A DNA stretch of 64,000 bases. It comes from Chiloscyllium plagiosum. Lineage: Eukaryota. The notes beneath the pieces are model-generated. The model was not told the DNA's origin. It saw only the letters and a list, made by a program, of their open reading frames with translations, and did not search any database. This document shows, piece by piece, positions 25,026 through 39,109 of the stretch (its first letter is position 1; each line of letters starts with the position of its first letter). A program made the translations under genes and the position numbers. The stretch lies in NCBI RefSeq assembly GCF_004010195.1, contig NC_057713.1:6721718-6785717 (forward strand). Direction: 5' to 3'.

Positions 25026-26148
25026 CAGTAAGGCTTTCGACAAGGTTCCCCATGGGAGACTGGTTAGCAAGGTTAAACCTCATGGAATACAGGGAGAACT
25101 AGCTATTTGGATACAGAACTAGCTGAAAGGTAGAAGACAGAGGGTGGTGGTGGAGGGTTGTTTTTCAGTCCACTACTTTTCGTCATTTATATAAATGATT
25201 TGAATGTGAGCTTAAGAGGTATGGTTAGTAAGTTTGCAGATGACACCAAAATTGGAGGTGTAGTGGACAGTGAAGAGGGTTACCTCAGATTACAACAGAG
25301 GATCTTGATTAGATGGGTCAATGGGCTGAGGAGTGGCAGATGGAGTTTAATTTAGATATATGCGAGGTGCTGCATTTTGGGAAAGCAAATCTTAGCAGGA
25401 CTTATACACTTAATGGTAAGGTCCTAGGGAGTGTTGCTGAACAAAGACAAACAAACCTGCTTGGAGTGCAGGTTCATACCTCCTTGACAGTGGAGTCGCA
25501 GGTAGCTAGGACAGTGAAGAAGGCATTTGGTATGCTTTCTTTTATTGGTCAGAATATTGAACACAGGAGTTGGGAGGTCATGTTGCAGCTGTGCAGGTCA
25601 TTGGTGAGGCCACTTTTGGAATATTGCGTGCAATTCTGGTTTCGTTCCTATTGGAAGGATGCTGTGAAACTTGAAAGGGTTCAGAAAAGATTTACAAGGA
25701 TGTTGCCAGGGTTGGAGGATTTGAGCTATAGGGAGAGGCTGAACAGGCTGGGGGTGTTTTCCTTGAAGCGTCAGAGGCTGAGGGGTGACCTTATAGAGGT
25801 TTATAAAATCATGAGGGGCATGGATAGAGTGGATAGACAAGGTCTTTCTTCTGGGGTGAGGGAGTGCAGAACTAGAGGGCATAGGTTTAGGGTGAGAGGG
25901 GAAAGATATAACAGAGACCTTAGGGGCAACATTTTCATGCAGAAGGTGGTGTGTTTGTGCAATGGGCTGTCAGAGGAAGTGATGGAGGCTAGTACAATTG
26001 CAACATTTAATAGGCATCTGGAAGGGTTTGGAGGGATATGGGCCGGGTGCTGGCAGATGAGACTAGATTGGGGTGGGATATCTGGTCAACATGGACGAGT
26101 TGGACTGAAGGGTCTGTTTTCGTGCTGTAGATTTCTATGACTCCATGA
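25026..26148 (+). mobile_element. CR1 LINE 3' part nested in Penelope
   Basis: KAFDKVPHGRL...KFADDTKIGG...LERVQKRFTRM...; ctatgact tail. Confidence 0.92.
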
Positions 26149-26320
26149 CACATCCATCAAAGTTTTAATTGCACTTCCACACATGTAATTTACTGTATCC
26201 GTTGCTTCTGATGCGGCCTCCTCTCTATTGGGGAGACAGGATGCCTACTTGCAGAGCGTTTCAGTGAGCATCTCTGGGACACCTGCACCAACCAACCCCA
26301 CTGCCCCATGGCCGAACACT

Positions 26321-26947
26321 TAGAGTCATAGAGTCATAGAGATGTACAGCATGGAAACAGACCCTTCGGTCCAACCTGTCCATGCCGACCAGATATCCCA
26401 ACCCAATCTAGTTCCACCTGCCAGCACCCGGTCCATATCCCTCCAAACCCTTCCTATTCATGTACCCATTGAAATGCCTCTTAAATGTTGCAATTGTACC
26501 AGCTTCCACCACATCCCCTGGCAGCTCATCCCATACATGTACCACGCTCTGCGTGAAAACGTTGCCCCTTAGGTCTCTTTTATATCTTTCCCCTCTCACC
26601 CTAAACCTATTCCCTCTAGTTCTGGACTCCCCGACCCTAGGGAAAAGACTTTGTTTATTTACCCTCTCCATGCCCCTCATAATTTTGTAAACCTCTATAA
26701 GGTCTCCCCTCAGCCTCCAACGCTCCAGGAAAAGCTGCCCCAGCCTGTTCAGCCTCTCCTTGTAGCTCAGATCCTCTAACTCTGACAACATCCTTGTAAA
26801 TCTTTTCTGAACCCTTTCTGAACAACATCTTTCCAATAGGAAGGAGACCATATTTACCTGCAATTCCACTTTCAAGGAGCTATGAACCTGCACTCCAAGG
26901 TCTCTTTGTTCAGCAACACTCCCGAGGACCTTACCATTAAGTGTATA
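26321..26947 (-). mobile_element. CR1 LINE 3' part nested in Penelope
   Basis: agagtcatagagtcatag tail; ORF 26408-27010 contains RDLGVQVH and LRGDLIEVYKIM. Confidence 0.92.
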
Positions 26948-28189
26948 TGTCCCCTCCCTCTCCGCCAAGGACATGCAGGTCCTGGGCCTCCTCCACACTA
27001 ACCACCCCACACTTGGAGGATGAACGCCTCATCTTCTGCCTTGGGACCCTCCAACCACAAAGCATCAATGTGGATTTCACCAGTTTCCTTATTCCCCTTC
27101 CCCCACCTTATCCCAGTCCCAACCTTCCAACTCAGTACCGCCCTCATGAGCTGTTCTACCTGTCCGCTCCACCCTCCTCTTCATTACGCTACCTTCCCCC
27201 CCCCTCAGCCCACCCCATCCCATTTATCTCTCCATCCCCTCGGCTCACAAGCCTCATTCCTAATGAAGGGCTTTTACCCAAGATGTCGATTCTCCTGCTC
27301 CTTGAATGCTGCCTGACCTGTTGTGCTTTTCCAGCAACACACCCTTGACCCTGACCAGTACTGTAGCTGAGGCCTAACCAAAGGCTTATACAGCTCCAAT
27401 GTAACTTATTGCTCTTATAATCTATGCCTTGACTGATAAAGACAAGTGTCCCATTTGCCTTCTTAACTACCCTACTAATCTGCCATGCCATATTTTGGGA
27501 TTTGTGGACAATTACCCAAAGATCCTTCTGAGCTTCCAAATGCCAGTCATTGTCTACTTCCTTATCTCGTTACTTTTTGCAAAGTGCATGGCCTCACATT
27601 TATTAGGGTTCAATTCTATCTGCCACTGATCTGCCCATCTGACAAATCTCCTGATACCTAAGACCTTCTTCCTCACTATCAACACCTGGCCAATCATTCA
27701 TGTCATCTGCAAACTTACTTATCATCATCCCCCATCCCACCAACTGTCATCTACGTTATATATACGACAAATAATAAGGCATCCAGCACTGATCTCTGTG
27801 GTACACCTCTGGACACTGGCCTCCAGTCACACAAACAGCCTGCGACCATCACCTTCTGTCTTCTGTGACTAAGTCAGTGTTGAATCCACTTGCCATGTTA
27901 CCCTGGATCCAGTGTGCTTTTACCTTCTTTATCAGGTCTCCCCTATGGGATGTTGTGAAAGGCTTTGCTGAAATCCAATCAAAACTACATCAACTGCACT
28001 CTCCTCATCTACAGACTTGGTCATTTTTTGAAAATTCAGCCAGATTTGTGAGGCATGGTGTCCCTCAGACAAAACCATGCTGACTATCTTTGGCAAAAGT
28101 GAGGACTGCAGATGCTGGAAACCAGAGTCTAGATGAGAGTGGTGCTGGAAAAGCTCAGCAGGTCTGGCAGACTATCTATTTGTCAGCTT

Positions 28190-30037
28190 TAAAAATCACA
28201 CAACACCAGGTTTTACTCCAGGTTATAGGTTTATTTGGAAGCACTAGCTTTCGGAGTGCGGCTCCTTCATCTGGTGGTTGTGGAGTATAAGATCTTAAGA
28301 CATAGAATTTATAGCAAACGTTTACAGTGTGATATAACTGAAATTATACATTGAAATAGACCTGGATTGTTTGTTAAGTCTCACACCTTTTAGAATGGGC
28401 ATGTTGGTTTCAGTTCTTTCATATGTAAATTCCAGAACTTTCTTAAAAGTATATTCTCAAGTGAACTTTAACAATAGGTGCCATGTTGGCCCAGATAATG
28501 TATTGATGGTGTGAAGTGCCCTGTGTGAGGCTGTCTGTGCCCCAATGTTCACACTGCTTCTATTTCTAAAGAGGGGATTTACAGAATCTTACATGGATTC
28601 ATGCAGTTTTTGAGCAAAATAAAATGTAATTCTGCAAGTACCAATTCACCCCACAAACTTAAATGTGTGTGTGTGCATGTGGGTGTGTTGGGGTGTGTGT
28701 GGGGAGGGGTTATGAATGTCTATGAGAGAGTACACATATGTGTATGTGTGTGAGTGTGAAGTGATATAAGTCTGTGAGAGGGTGCATGGGTGTGAGTGTG
28801 GGAGTGTTTGTGTGAGCGTATGAGAGAGAGCTTGTGCATGTGAGAGGGTCTGCGTGAGTATATGGGTCTGTAGGAGTGTGTGTGTATCTGTGTGTGTGTG
28901 TATACGTGTGTGGTACAGTGAGGTCACCTGTAGTGTTGCATGAACCCAAGGTCCTGGTTGAGGCCATCCCCATGGGTACCAAATTTGGTTATCAGCCTCT
29001 GCTCGGCCACTCTGCGTTGTTGCCTGTCCCAAAGTCCATCTTGGAGGATGGTCACCTAAAGGTCCGAGGTCGAATGTCCTGGACCACTGAAATGTTCTCT
29101 GACTGGGAGGGAACACTCCTGTCTGTGGATTGTTGTGCAGTGTCCATTCATCCGTTGCCGTAACCTCTGCTCAGTCTCACCAATGTACCATGCCTCAGGG
29201 CATCCTTGCCTGCAGCATATGAGATAGACAACATTGGCAAGTCACATGAGTATCTGCCGCGTACATGGAGCAAGGTGTCCCCACGTGTAATGGTGGCATT
29301 CATGTCCACACTCTGACACGTCTTGTAGCGTCTACCATGATAAGCTTGTATGGAGTTGTCCTGAAAGCCAGGCAGTTTGCTGCAAACATTGACCTGTTTG
29401 AGAGTTCGGTACCCGTGGGGATGGCCTCAACCGGGACCTTGGGTTCATGTCACACTCCAGGTGACCCCACTGTACTAAAGACACACACGCACTCACGCAG
29501 ACCCTCTCTCATACATAAGGTCTCTCTCATACACTCACACATACACTCCCACACTCACACCCAAGCACCCTCTCACAGACTTATACCCCTTTACACTGAC
29601 ACTCACACAGATACACACACTCTCTCACAGACACTCACAACTCCACCCCAACACACACCCACATGCATACACACATATATAAGTTTGTGGGGTGAATTTG
29701 TACTTGCAGAATTACATTTTATTTTGCTCAAAAACCACATGAAACCTTTAAGAAAGTTCTGGAATTTATATATAAAAAAACTGAAACCAACATACCCATT
29801 CTAGAGATGAGAGACTTAACAAACAATTAATGCCTTTTTTATTGTATAATTTCAGTAACATCACTCTGTAAACTTTTGCTGTAAATTCTGTGTCGGACGA
29901 TCTTATACTCCAGAACCATCTGAAGGAGCAGCGTTTCGAAAGTTAGTGCTTCCAAATAAACCTGTTGGACTATAACCTGGTGTTGTGTGATTTTTAACCT
30001 TGTACAACCCAGTCCAACACCGGCATCTCCAAATCAT
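28190..30037. mobile_element. Penelope-family B element with inverted pseudo-LTR arrangement
   Basis: Minus-strand GIY-YIG end (NVVYLICC..WYIGETEQRLRQRMNGH...DLGFM). 28190-28980 is inverted relative to 29408-29997, including the TG/CA-rich tract. Confidence 0.85.
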
Positions 30038-33000
30038 ATTTTTCAGGGGGATTCATGCCAAACAAATCTCTTTTGCATTTTAAAGGAGGTGACCAAGTGT
30101 GTTTAAATGCAGTTTAACAAATTAACGTAAGTCAATCAATGTTGGATTATATTAACACCCAAGCCAGAAACAGCCTATTCTCTATTGGTTTATGGGATGT
30201 GAGTGTTCTGGCCAGTTTATTGCCTATCCCTAATTGTCCTTGAACTGAATGGTTTTCCGAGGGCAGTTTAGAGTCAACCACATTGCTGTGGGTCTGGAGT
30301 CATGTGTAGGCCTGACCAGGTAAGTGCGGCAGATCTTCCTTCTCCAAAGGGCATTAGTGAATCAGATGTGTATTTACATTTACATGGTTACCATGAGAAT
30401 AGTTTTTATTGGTATTCCAGGTTTATGAATTGAATTCAAATTTTGCTGTGTTGCTATTCAAACCCATGTCTGAGAACATTATAACTCTCGTGACAATAAG
30501 CTACATCACCACTTCCCCATCTGTCAAGTGCAGGTAAATCAACAAGTGAATGATTAATGCCTGCTTAATAATCATCAAAAAATTCAGACTGTAAGGACAC
30601 CAACAAGCTTTTCAACTTATGATTACATCCAACAGCACAATGAGATCACCTGTCATCCTTCTAAATTCCTACAAATAGAGTCCCAACTTGCCTTAAATGT
30701 GAAATGTTTACGTATTATTAACTGACAAAATTTAAAGAGGCAATGCCTATTAATTTCCTCAGATTAGTTCGTGTTCCACCATCATAACTCCAATACAGAG
30801 CATATCAGTTTTCAGTATGAAATATGAACAGGAATAGGCTATTCAGCCCAGCAAGGCTGCTCCACCAACACAATAGGTTCATGGCTGATGTAACATTCTT
30901 CATGTCCACTTTCTCGCCCTTTCCCTGTAAACCTTAATTCCCCGACTGATCAAGAATCTACCCATCTCAGCCTTAAATATACACAAGGACTCTGCTCACA
31001 CAGCTCTCTGGAGCAAGGAGTTCCAAAGACTCTCAACTCTCTGAGAGAAGAAATTCCGCTCCCCCACCCCCCCCCTCATCTCAGTCGAAATTGGTTCCTC
31101 TCTAATCTGAGGTTATGCCCTCTGGTCCGAGACTGAGGGGAAACATCTCACCATTTATCCAAACAACCTCTTAAAAATCAATGTTTCGATGAGATCACCT
31201 TTCATCCTTCTAAATTCCTACAAATAGAGACCCAACCTGTTAGTCTTTGAAAGACAATTCTTTCATACTGGTGGGTGGGGGGAGGGGGGGGGGAGATCTT
31301 CCAGAAGTCTGGTCAAAATTTCATAAGCCAATTACTGATATATGAAGAATTTTGATGTTAAGTTTGGTCAAAGAGGAGGTTTTACAGAACGACATAGAAG
31401 TGAGGAGAAACAGAGAGATGGAGATTTGGAAATGTTTAAGGAATCCCAGAGTTTCAAACTCAGGCAGTTAAAGGTTCAGCTACTAAAAGAAGCAATGAAA
31501 TTTGGAAATGCTCAATAGGCCAAAATTAGAGGAGTACAGAGATCTGTCAGGGCTGTCAGTGCTTTTGGGAGATTGCAGAGGTAAAAAGGGCTGAGGTCAT
31601 AGACGAATTTGTAAATGAGGATGAGATTTTGTTTGATGCCTTGCTGGACTAGGAGCCAATGTACACCAGTGAGTGTTGGGGTGACGGATAAGCTGTTTAC
31701 CCCTTTGATTCTCTCTGTTGTTATCATTTGTGCCAAAATTATCACATTTTCCACGTTTATTTGACTTGATGTAATCTTTTGTCAATCAGTGAGATTAATG
31801 CAAAGGTTTCTTTTTTGACGTAAGTACATTAGAGAAATTGTTGTGAATATATATTAATAATTAAGGACCATGAGAAACTGGAATATGGAACTACTGGACA
31901 CTCTGGAATAAACTAGGAGGGTTTGAAGGAATGTGTTATTTCTTGGAACTGTTCAGCAGTAAAATGAGCTGTGACTCACCTGTTAGTTACTGAACCATCT
32001 AGTTATTTTGGAAAGTAAACAAGCTACGCTTTTAAAAGAGGTAAGAGCTGAAGTTTATGATTTTAATCGCTGAACAAGTTTGATTGGAAGAGATGGGGGC
32101 CTATGTATTGAAGGTTGCTTAGCAACAGTCTTCTAGTTTGTTCCTGGTTTTTTAGGACCTGGATGTTTCATGAGAAGAATAAAAGACCTCCAAAGTATAC
32201 ACTGGGCAAGGGCTCTCTTCTGAAAATATAAGAAGAAACCCTATCTAAGATTACAAAGAGATCTTGATCAATTAATTAAATGGGCTGAGGAGTAGCAGTT
32301 GGAGTTTAATTTAGATAAATGAGAGGTATTACATTTTGGTAAAACAACAACATACAATTAAAAGTAGATCTTGGGTAGGACTGTATAATTCTTTGAAGAT
32401 TGCTCACATGTGGACAGGGTGGTTAAGGAGGTGTTTAGCACATTTGCTTTTATTGCTCTGACATTTGAGTTGGGACATCATGTGAGATTGCACAGGCTGT
32501 TGGCGAGGCCACTGCTAGAGTACTGTGTCCAGTTTTGGTCACCCTGTTAGAGGAAGGATATTATTAAGATAGAGAGGGTTCAAAAGAGATTTACCATGAT
32601 GTTGCCAGGAATGGAGGGTTTGAGTTGTAAGGAGAGACTGGATAGGCTGGGGCTGTTTTTTTTTGTGGAGTGCAGGAGTTAAGGGGTGACCTTATCAAGG
32701 TTTATCAAGAGGGTAAAAATAAAGTGAAGGGCAGATGTCCTTTCCCGAGGATGGGAGATTTCAAGGTTAGGGTACATAGTTTCAAGGTGAGAGGAGAGAG
32801 ATTTTAAAAGACTTAAAAGATATATAATATCTGCAGAACTATATCGTCTTGTTTCTTATGTGTAAGTGTTTGACTGTGATTAAAGGGATATTGTTCAATT
32901 CCATAACTTTGTGTATTTGGTAACCACTTTTGCCACTTTGTTAAGCATAAATTTTGTTAATAATACGAGTTATTTTGGAATTTCTTAAACAAACCTATTC

Positions 33001-33799
33001 AAAGTGTCTTTTATTCTGGATAACACCAACAATTTGGCCATTCCAGTGCTGGAATTGAAAGAGTTGCACAAATGGCATGGCTCATGGGATCTTGTTAATT
33101 TTGGGGAGCTTCCTGATCACAGTTACCTAGAGAGGGCAGTTGACCATTTGTAAGCAATTTTATAAAAGTTTACTGAGTTTGTTGAGTAGCTGCAGTTTAT
33201 TTATGATGCACTTTTCAGATGGACAAAGAAAGAGGTAACCCATGACAGATGAGATTTTTTTACCATTCCTGAAGCCATTGTGTAAAATGGTAGAGACCAG
33301 TGGGTGGTTTTGGACTACTGAGTTTTTGTCTCTAATGTTGTGCTATCTTTGCCAAGACATAGTCTTTGTTCTTCCCTCGGACTGATGGAGAGGAATTCCT
33401 TGTCTTTCTCCCAAGAAGATGATTGTTCATCCCTCGTATCCTCTTGCTCATAACCACATCTCCCCAGCTGTCCATTTGATATACTTTATTTTGTGGCCTG
33501 TCAATAAATGCAGTCAAGCACTTGTCTAAACCTCTCTTAGCCAATAACCCCATGGATGATCGTTGCCCCTTTGCCCATCTCCTTTGAAAGTTGGCTTTCA
33601 TTCCTTCCAAGAATAAAACCTTCTCATTTTCTCAACACTGCATCCATAATAAGGTTGTGTGGCACTCTATAAATCTTTCGTTGATGCTTGTGGGAGGCCA
33701 GTTACACAGGAATACTTTAAAGAACTCAGTTTTAAATGAATACCCAATTTCCAATAGGTTCAATTACCAGTATCTACCTCCCATCAAGCATGAATTAGA

Positions 33800-34146
33800 A
33801 TTAGAATTCGAAGCCCTACAGTGTGGAAACAGGCCCTTCAGCCCAAAAAGTCCATACCGCCCCTCTGAAGAGTATACCAGCCAGACCCATTACCCTACAT
33901 TTCCCCTGACTAATGCACCTAACCTACATGTCCCTGAACACAATAGGCAACTTGGCATGGCCAATTCACCCTAACCTGCATGTCTTTGGATTGTGGGAGG
34001 AAATCGGAGCACCTGGAGGAAACCCATGCAGAAACGGGGAGAATGTGCAAACTCCACACAGACAGTTGTCCAAGGCGGAATCAAACCCGGGTTTCTGGTG
34101 CTGTGAGGCAACAGTGCTAACCACTGAGCCACTGTGTTGCCCCAGA
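33800..34146 (-). mobile_element. HE1-like V-SINE
   Basis: Reverse complement of the 11595 family. Confidence 0.85.
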
Positions 34147-35934
34147 CATATCAGTATATGTCTGAAAAAAAAGGAAGGTTGAATTTCTGTAATACTTTTC
34201 ACAACTGTTGGATATCTCAGTGGTCTGCATAACTAATTGAGTTCTTCTGTGGTATTGTAATGTAGAAGACACACCAACCAATTTACACACAGCATCTTCC
34301 ACGACTAACAGTGTGATGATCACAAGATCATTTGATTGGCGTGTGTCCTGCTGTTTGAGGTGCTAAATATTTGCTCAGAAGCAAGAGCAAATTCTCCTGC
34401 TTTCCTTCTAAATGGTCAGGCTTTTAAACCCCTGAGCAGGCAATTTACTGTGTCATCTAAAATTCAAATCACCTACAATGCCGTGCTCCCACAATAACGC
34501 ACTGGTACAGTGACCTCAATATTTCTGCTCACTTCCTGGAGGTGGGGCTTGACCCAGGGACCAGAGTCAGCCACAGCTGACACAAGAACTCACAATGAAC
34601 TTCTGTATACTGTAAACTGTATTTTCTTTTAATTCATTCATGTCACTGGCCGGGCCAGCATCTATTGCCTGTCCCTAATTGTGAGTCAAGCACTTTGCTG
34701 TGGGTGTGGAACAGATAAGGATGGCGGTTATCTTTCCCCAAAGGACATTAAAGAATATTAGTTTTCCAAGAATTGACAATGGATTCATGGTCATCATCCA
34801 GATTTTTAAAAATTGAATTCAAATTCCATCATCTGTGGCAGTATGGTTTGATTCTGGGGTCTCTGGATTAACAGACTAGTGAGAATACCATGAGGTCATT
34901 GCTTTCCCTGTGTGTACACACCTCAATAAAAAAGCATCTCATTCTACCCTGACAAGCCTACCTTGACTACCCAGTTCTAGTCACTGATTGGATAGTAGCA
35001 TTTCCTGTCTCAGAGTGCAAAATGTAATTTTTTACCCTTTGTGAATGATCCTTTGACCTTGTGCAATCCAGCAGTGATCATTGTTTTCAGAATGTACACT
35101 TCCTGTGTGAAGTCGACAGGAAGTTGTCAACAACATTTGCAGAAGCTTTTGCAATAACAGAACCACCGTCAGTATGTTTTGGAAATGATGGATCAGTTTC
35201 TGGCAAGAAATACCTCTGAAGGTCAATTCCTGATCAGGCATATCACACAATAACAGATGGTGACATGAATATTAACAAATCAGTTCTTTATTCACTTATT
35301 TATATCAATACAACACTTGATAAACATTTACAAACCGATATGTAAAGGACAAGAGATATGCAGATAAAATCTGCAGTGCAAAAGGTCTTTACAATGATGA
35401 TAGCTTTAAAGACAGTATAAAATGATACTTGTTCACTTCAGCATGATACAAAGTTATGGTTGCTGATTGAGAATTTATTGTTGTTCAGTGCTGGGGTAAC
35501 GCTGAGTAGTCAGGGATTTTCCGAGCAAGGGCGGGTTTCTTGGATGACAGCTGCGAAAGCAAGAATGTGCAAAGTTTGAGATTCTCACAAGGATATAGCT
35601 TATCTGTACGAGGAAATGCAGCTCATCATAACGTGCAGTCCGACGGAATCCTTGAACCTGTTCTGCTGGAATGTAACAGTATCTTTTAAAATTCTTTCAC
35701 AGGATGAGGGTGTTGTTGCTGGCTATGCCAGCATTTATTGGCCTTTGCTAATTGGCCTTGAGAAGATGGTGTGAGCTGCCTACAGGTCGTCCTGGGTTAC
35801 AACAGGCTCTGTTCTTGAGTATGTTCCTCAGTTGATTTGCACACAAGTTAAAACGCATGACATACCAGTATAAAATATCCATTCATAAGTATGAGCGAGC
35901 GCTTGAATATCAGGTCCTCAAAACTAATCATAAT

Positions 35935-37697
35935 AAGAAGAGAAAGATTATCCGGGGAGGGATTAGACAGACATGGCTGACAAAGGAAGTCAGGGAATCT
36001 ATGAAAGAAAAAGAGAGAGCCTATAAAGTGGCCAAGAGCACTGGGAAATCAGAAGATTGGGAAGGCTACAAAAACAAACAGAGCATAACAAAGAGAGAAA
36101 TAAGGAAGGGGAGGATCAAATATGAAGGTAGGCTAGCCAGTAATATTAGAAATGATAGTAAAAGTTTCTTTCAATACATAAGAAACAAACGACAGGCAAG
36201 CGTAGACATTGGGCCACTTCAAACTGATGCTGGAAGCCTAGTGATGGCAGATAAGGAAATAGCTGGAGAACTTAATAAATACTTTGCGTCAGTCTTCACA
36301 GTGCAAGACATGAGTAATATCCCAAAAATTAAAGGGTGTCACAGGGCTGAGTTGAGTATGGTTGCCATTACAAAAGAGAAAGTGCTAGAAAAGCTAAAAG
36401 GTCTTAAAATTGACAAATCTCCTGGCCCCGATNNNNNNNNNNNNNNNNNNNNNNNNNNNNNNNNNNNNNNNNNNNNNNNNNNNNNNNNNNNNNNNNNNNN
36501 NNNNNNNNNNNNNNNNNNNNNNNNNNNNNNNNNNNNNNNNNNNNNNNNNNNNNNNNNNNNNNNNNNNNNNNNNNNNNNNNNNNNNNNNNNNNNNNNNNNN
36601 NNNNNNNNNNNNNNNNNNNNNNNNNNNNNNNNNNNNNNNNNNNNNNNNNNNNNNNNNNNNNNNNNNNNNNNNNNNNNNNNNNNNNNNNNNNNNNNNNNNN
36701 NNNNNNNNNNNNNNNNNNNNNNNNNNNNNNNNNNNNNNNNNNNNNNNNNNNNNNNNNNNNNNNNNNNNNNNNNNNNNNNNNNNNNNNNNNNNNNNNNNNN
36801 NNNNNNNNNNNNNNNNNNNNNNNNNNNNNNNNNNNNNNNNNNNNNNNNNNNNNNNNNNNNNNNNNNNNNNNNNNNNNNNNNNNNNNNNNNNNNNNNNNNN
36901 NNNNNNNNNNNNNNNNNNNNNNNNNNNNNNNNNNNNNNNNNNNNNNNNNNNNNNNNNNNNNNNNNNNNNNNNNNNNNNNNNNNNNNNNNNNNNNNNNNNN
37001 NNNNNNNNNNNNNNNNNNNNNNNNNNNNNNNNNNNNNNNNNNNNNNNNNNNNNNNNNNNNNNNNNNNNNNNNNNNNNNNNNNNNNNNNNNNNNNNNNNNN
37101 NNNNNNNNNNNNNNNNNNNNNNNNNNNNNNNNNNNNNNNNNNNNNNNNNNNNNNNNNNNNNNNNNNNNNNNNNNNNNNNNNNNNNNNNNNNNNNNNNNNN
37201 NNNNNNNNNNNNNNNNNNNNNNNNNNNNNNNNNNNNNNNNNNNNNNNNNNNNNNNNNNNNNNNNNNNNNNNNNNNNNNNNNNNNNNNNNNNNNNNNNNNN
37301 NNNNNNTTAAGGGGAGATCTAATAGAAACTTACAAGATAATACATGGCTTGGAGAGGGTGGACGCTAGGAAATTGTTTCCGTTAGGCGAGGAGACTAGGA
37401 CCCGTGGACACAGCCTTAGAATTAGAGGGTGTAAATTCAGAACAGAAATGCGGAGACATTTCTTCAGCCAGAGAGTGGTGGGCCTGTGGAATTCATTGCA
37501 ACAGAGTGCAGTGGAGGCTGGGACGCTAAATGTCTTCAAGGCAGAAATTGATAAATCCTTGATGTCACAAGGAATTAAGGGCTACGGGGAGAATGCGAGT
37601 AAGTGGAGTTGAAATGCTCATCAGCCATGATTGAATGGCGAAGTGGACTCGATGGGCCGAATGGCCTTACTTCCGCTCCTATGTCTTATGGTCTTAT
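35935..37697 (+). mobile_element. Young CR1 LINE spanning an assembly gap, apparently inserted in a TA-flanked MITE (about 35783-37759)
   Basis: Open frame WLTKEVRE...KSFFQYI...LNKYFASVFT...DKSPGPD before the gap and LRGDLIETYKI after it; tail (tcttatgg)n. Flanks TACAGG...CCTGTA. Confidence 0.85.
36433..37306. other. Assembly gap (N run)
   Basis: Run of N. Confidence 1.
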
Positions 37698-38009
37698 AGG
37701 ATCTTGTTCATAAGTACAAGTATTTGTAAGTGGGATATTCAGATGTCAGGCACCTCCTGTAATGTATTTATGTCCACAGGGCTCCTGTAGAGGATGTTCC
37801 AGGATTTTGACCCAGCCACACTGATGGAACAGTGATATATTTCCAAGTCAGAATATCTTTTTTTTAATTCATTCACAGGATGTGTGTGTTGCTAGCCAGG
37901 CCAGCATTCATTGTCCATGCCTAATTGACCAAACGGTATTTGAGAGTCAACCTTATTGTTGTGGGTCTGGAGTCACATGTGGGCCAGACCAGGTAAGAAT
38001 GGTAGATTT

Positions 38010-38915
38010 AGAGTCATAGAGACGTACAGCATGGAAACAGACCTTTTGGTCCAACTCGTCCATGCCAACCAGCTATCCCAATCCAATCTAGTCCCGCCTG
38101 TCAGCACCCGGCCCATATCCCTCCAAACTCTTCCTATTCATATATCTATCCAGATGCCACTTCCTCTGGCAGCTCATTTCATACATGTACCACCCTCTGC
38201 CTGAAAAAGATGCACCTTAAGTCTCTTTTATATCTTTGCCCTCTCACTCTAAACCTATGCCCTCTAGTTCTGGACTCCCCCAGGGAAAAGATTTTGTCTA
38301 CTTACCCCATCCATGCCCCTCATCATTTTATAAACCTCTATAAGGTCATCCCTCCAATGCTCCAGGGAAAACAGCCCCAGCCTATTCAACCTATCCCTAT
38401 AGCTCAAATCCCCCAACCCTGGCAACATCCTTGTAAATCTTTTCTGAACCATTTCAAGTCCAATAGGAAGGAGACCAGAATTGCACGCAATATTCCAAAG
38501 GTGGCCTAACCAATGTCCTGTATAGCCGCAACATGACCTCCCAACTCCTGTACTCAATACTCTGACCGGTAAAGGAAAGCATACCAAACAATTTCTTCAC
38601 TATCCTATCTCCCTGCGACTCCACTTTCAAGGAGCTATGAACCTGCACTCCAAGGTCTCTTTGTTCAGCAACACTCCCTAGAATCTGACCATTAAGTGTA
38701 TAAGTCCTGCCCTGATTTGCCTTTCCAAAATGCAGCACCTCGCATTTATCTAAATTAAACTCCATCTGGCATTTCTCAGCCCATTGGCCCATCTGGTCCA
38801 GATCCCGTTGTAATCTGAGGTAACCCTCTTCGCTGTCCACTACACCTCCAATTTTGGTGTCATCTGCAAACTTACTAACTATATCTCCTATGTTCATATC
38901 CAAATCACTTATGTA
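38010..38915 (-). mobile_element. CR1 LINE 3' part inserted in a SINE
   Basis: SKFADDTKIGG...RDLGVQVH...EYCVQFWSP. Confidence 0.9.
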
Positions 38916-39109
38916 AATGATTTCTTCCCCGAAGGACATTATTGAGCCAGATGAATTTCCCAAAATCAACAAAGGTTTCATGGTCATCAGCAGATTCCTA
39001 ATTCCAGATATTTTTTTTGAATACAAATTTCTGCCATAGTGAGATTCTAACCCATAAAATTAGGTGAATTTCTGAATTAAAATTCTAATGAAAATACCAC
39101 AAACCATCG

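Larger units (their letters stand above)
24291..27345 (+). mobile_element. Penelope-like element (Neptune-type) RT + Cys linker + GIY-YIG, 5'-truncated, interrupted by two CR1 insertions
   Basis: LVLTLNNLSF..QTKRVAMG..CIDD..FTWTIS..YKPT..IPYSQFL; linker GTFPCHRANCKTC; VIYCIRC..LLSIGETG at about 26180-26250; family A terminal repeat at about 27255-27345. Confidence 0.9.
23765..28090 (-). mobile_element. Older CR1 LINE split by the Penelope insertion (pieces about 23765-24290 and 27352-28090)
   Basis: Minus-strand RT remnants (KFADD, VKKANGTL) continue across the insertion. TSD tgaccag(c/t)actgta at 24277-24290 and 27352-27365. Confidence 0.75.

Noticed and set aside
24316-25122. Penelope-CR1 fusion protein
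   Set aside because: The catalytic motif is degenerate (CIDD), there are internal deletions, and the fusion is a chance in-frame insertion junction.
35857-37612. 503-aa and 400-aa ORFs
   Set aside because: Artefacts of reading through the N gap; the flanks are CR1 ORF2.
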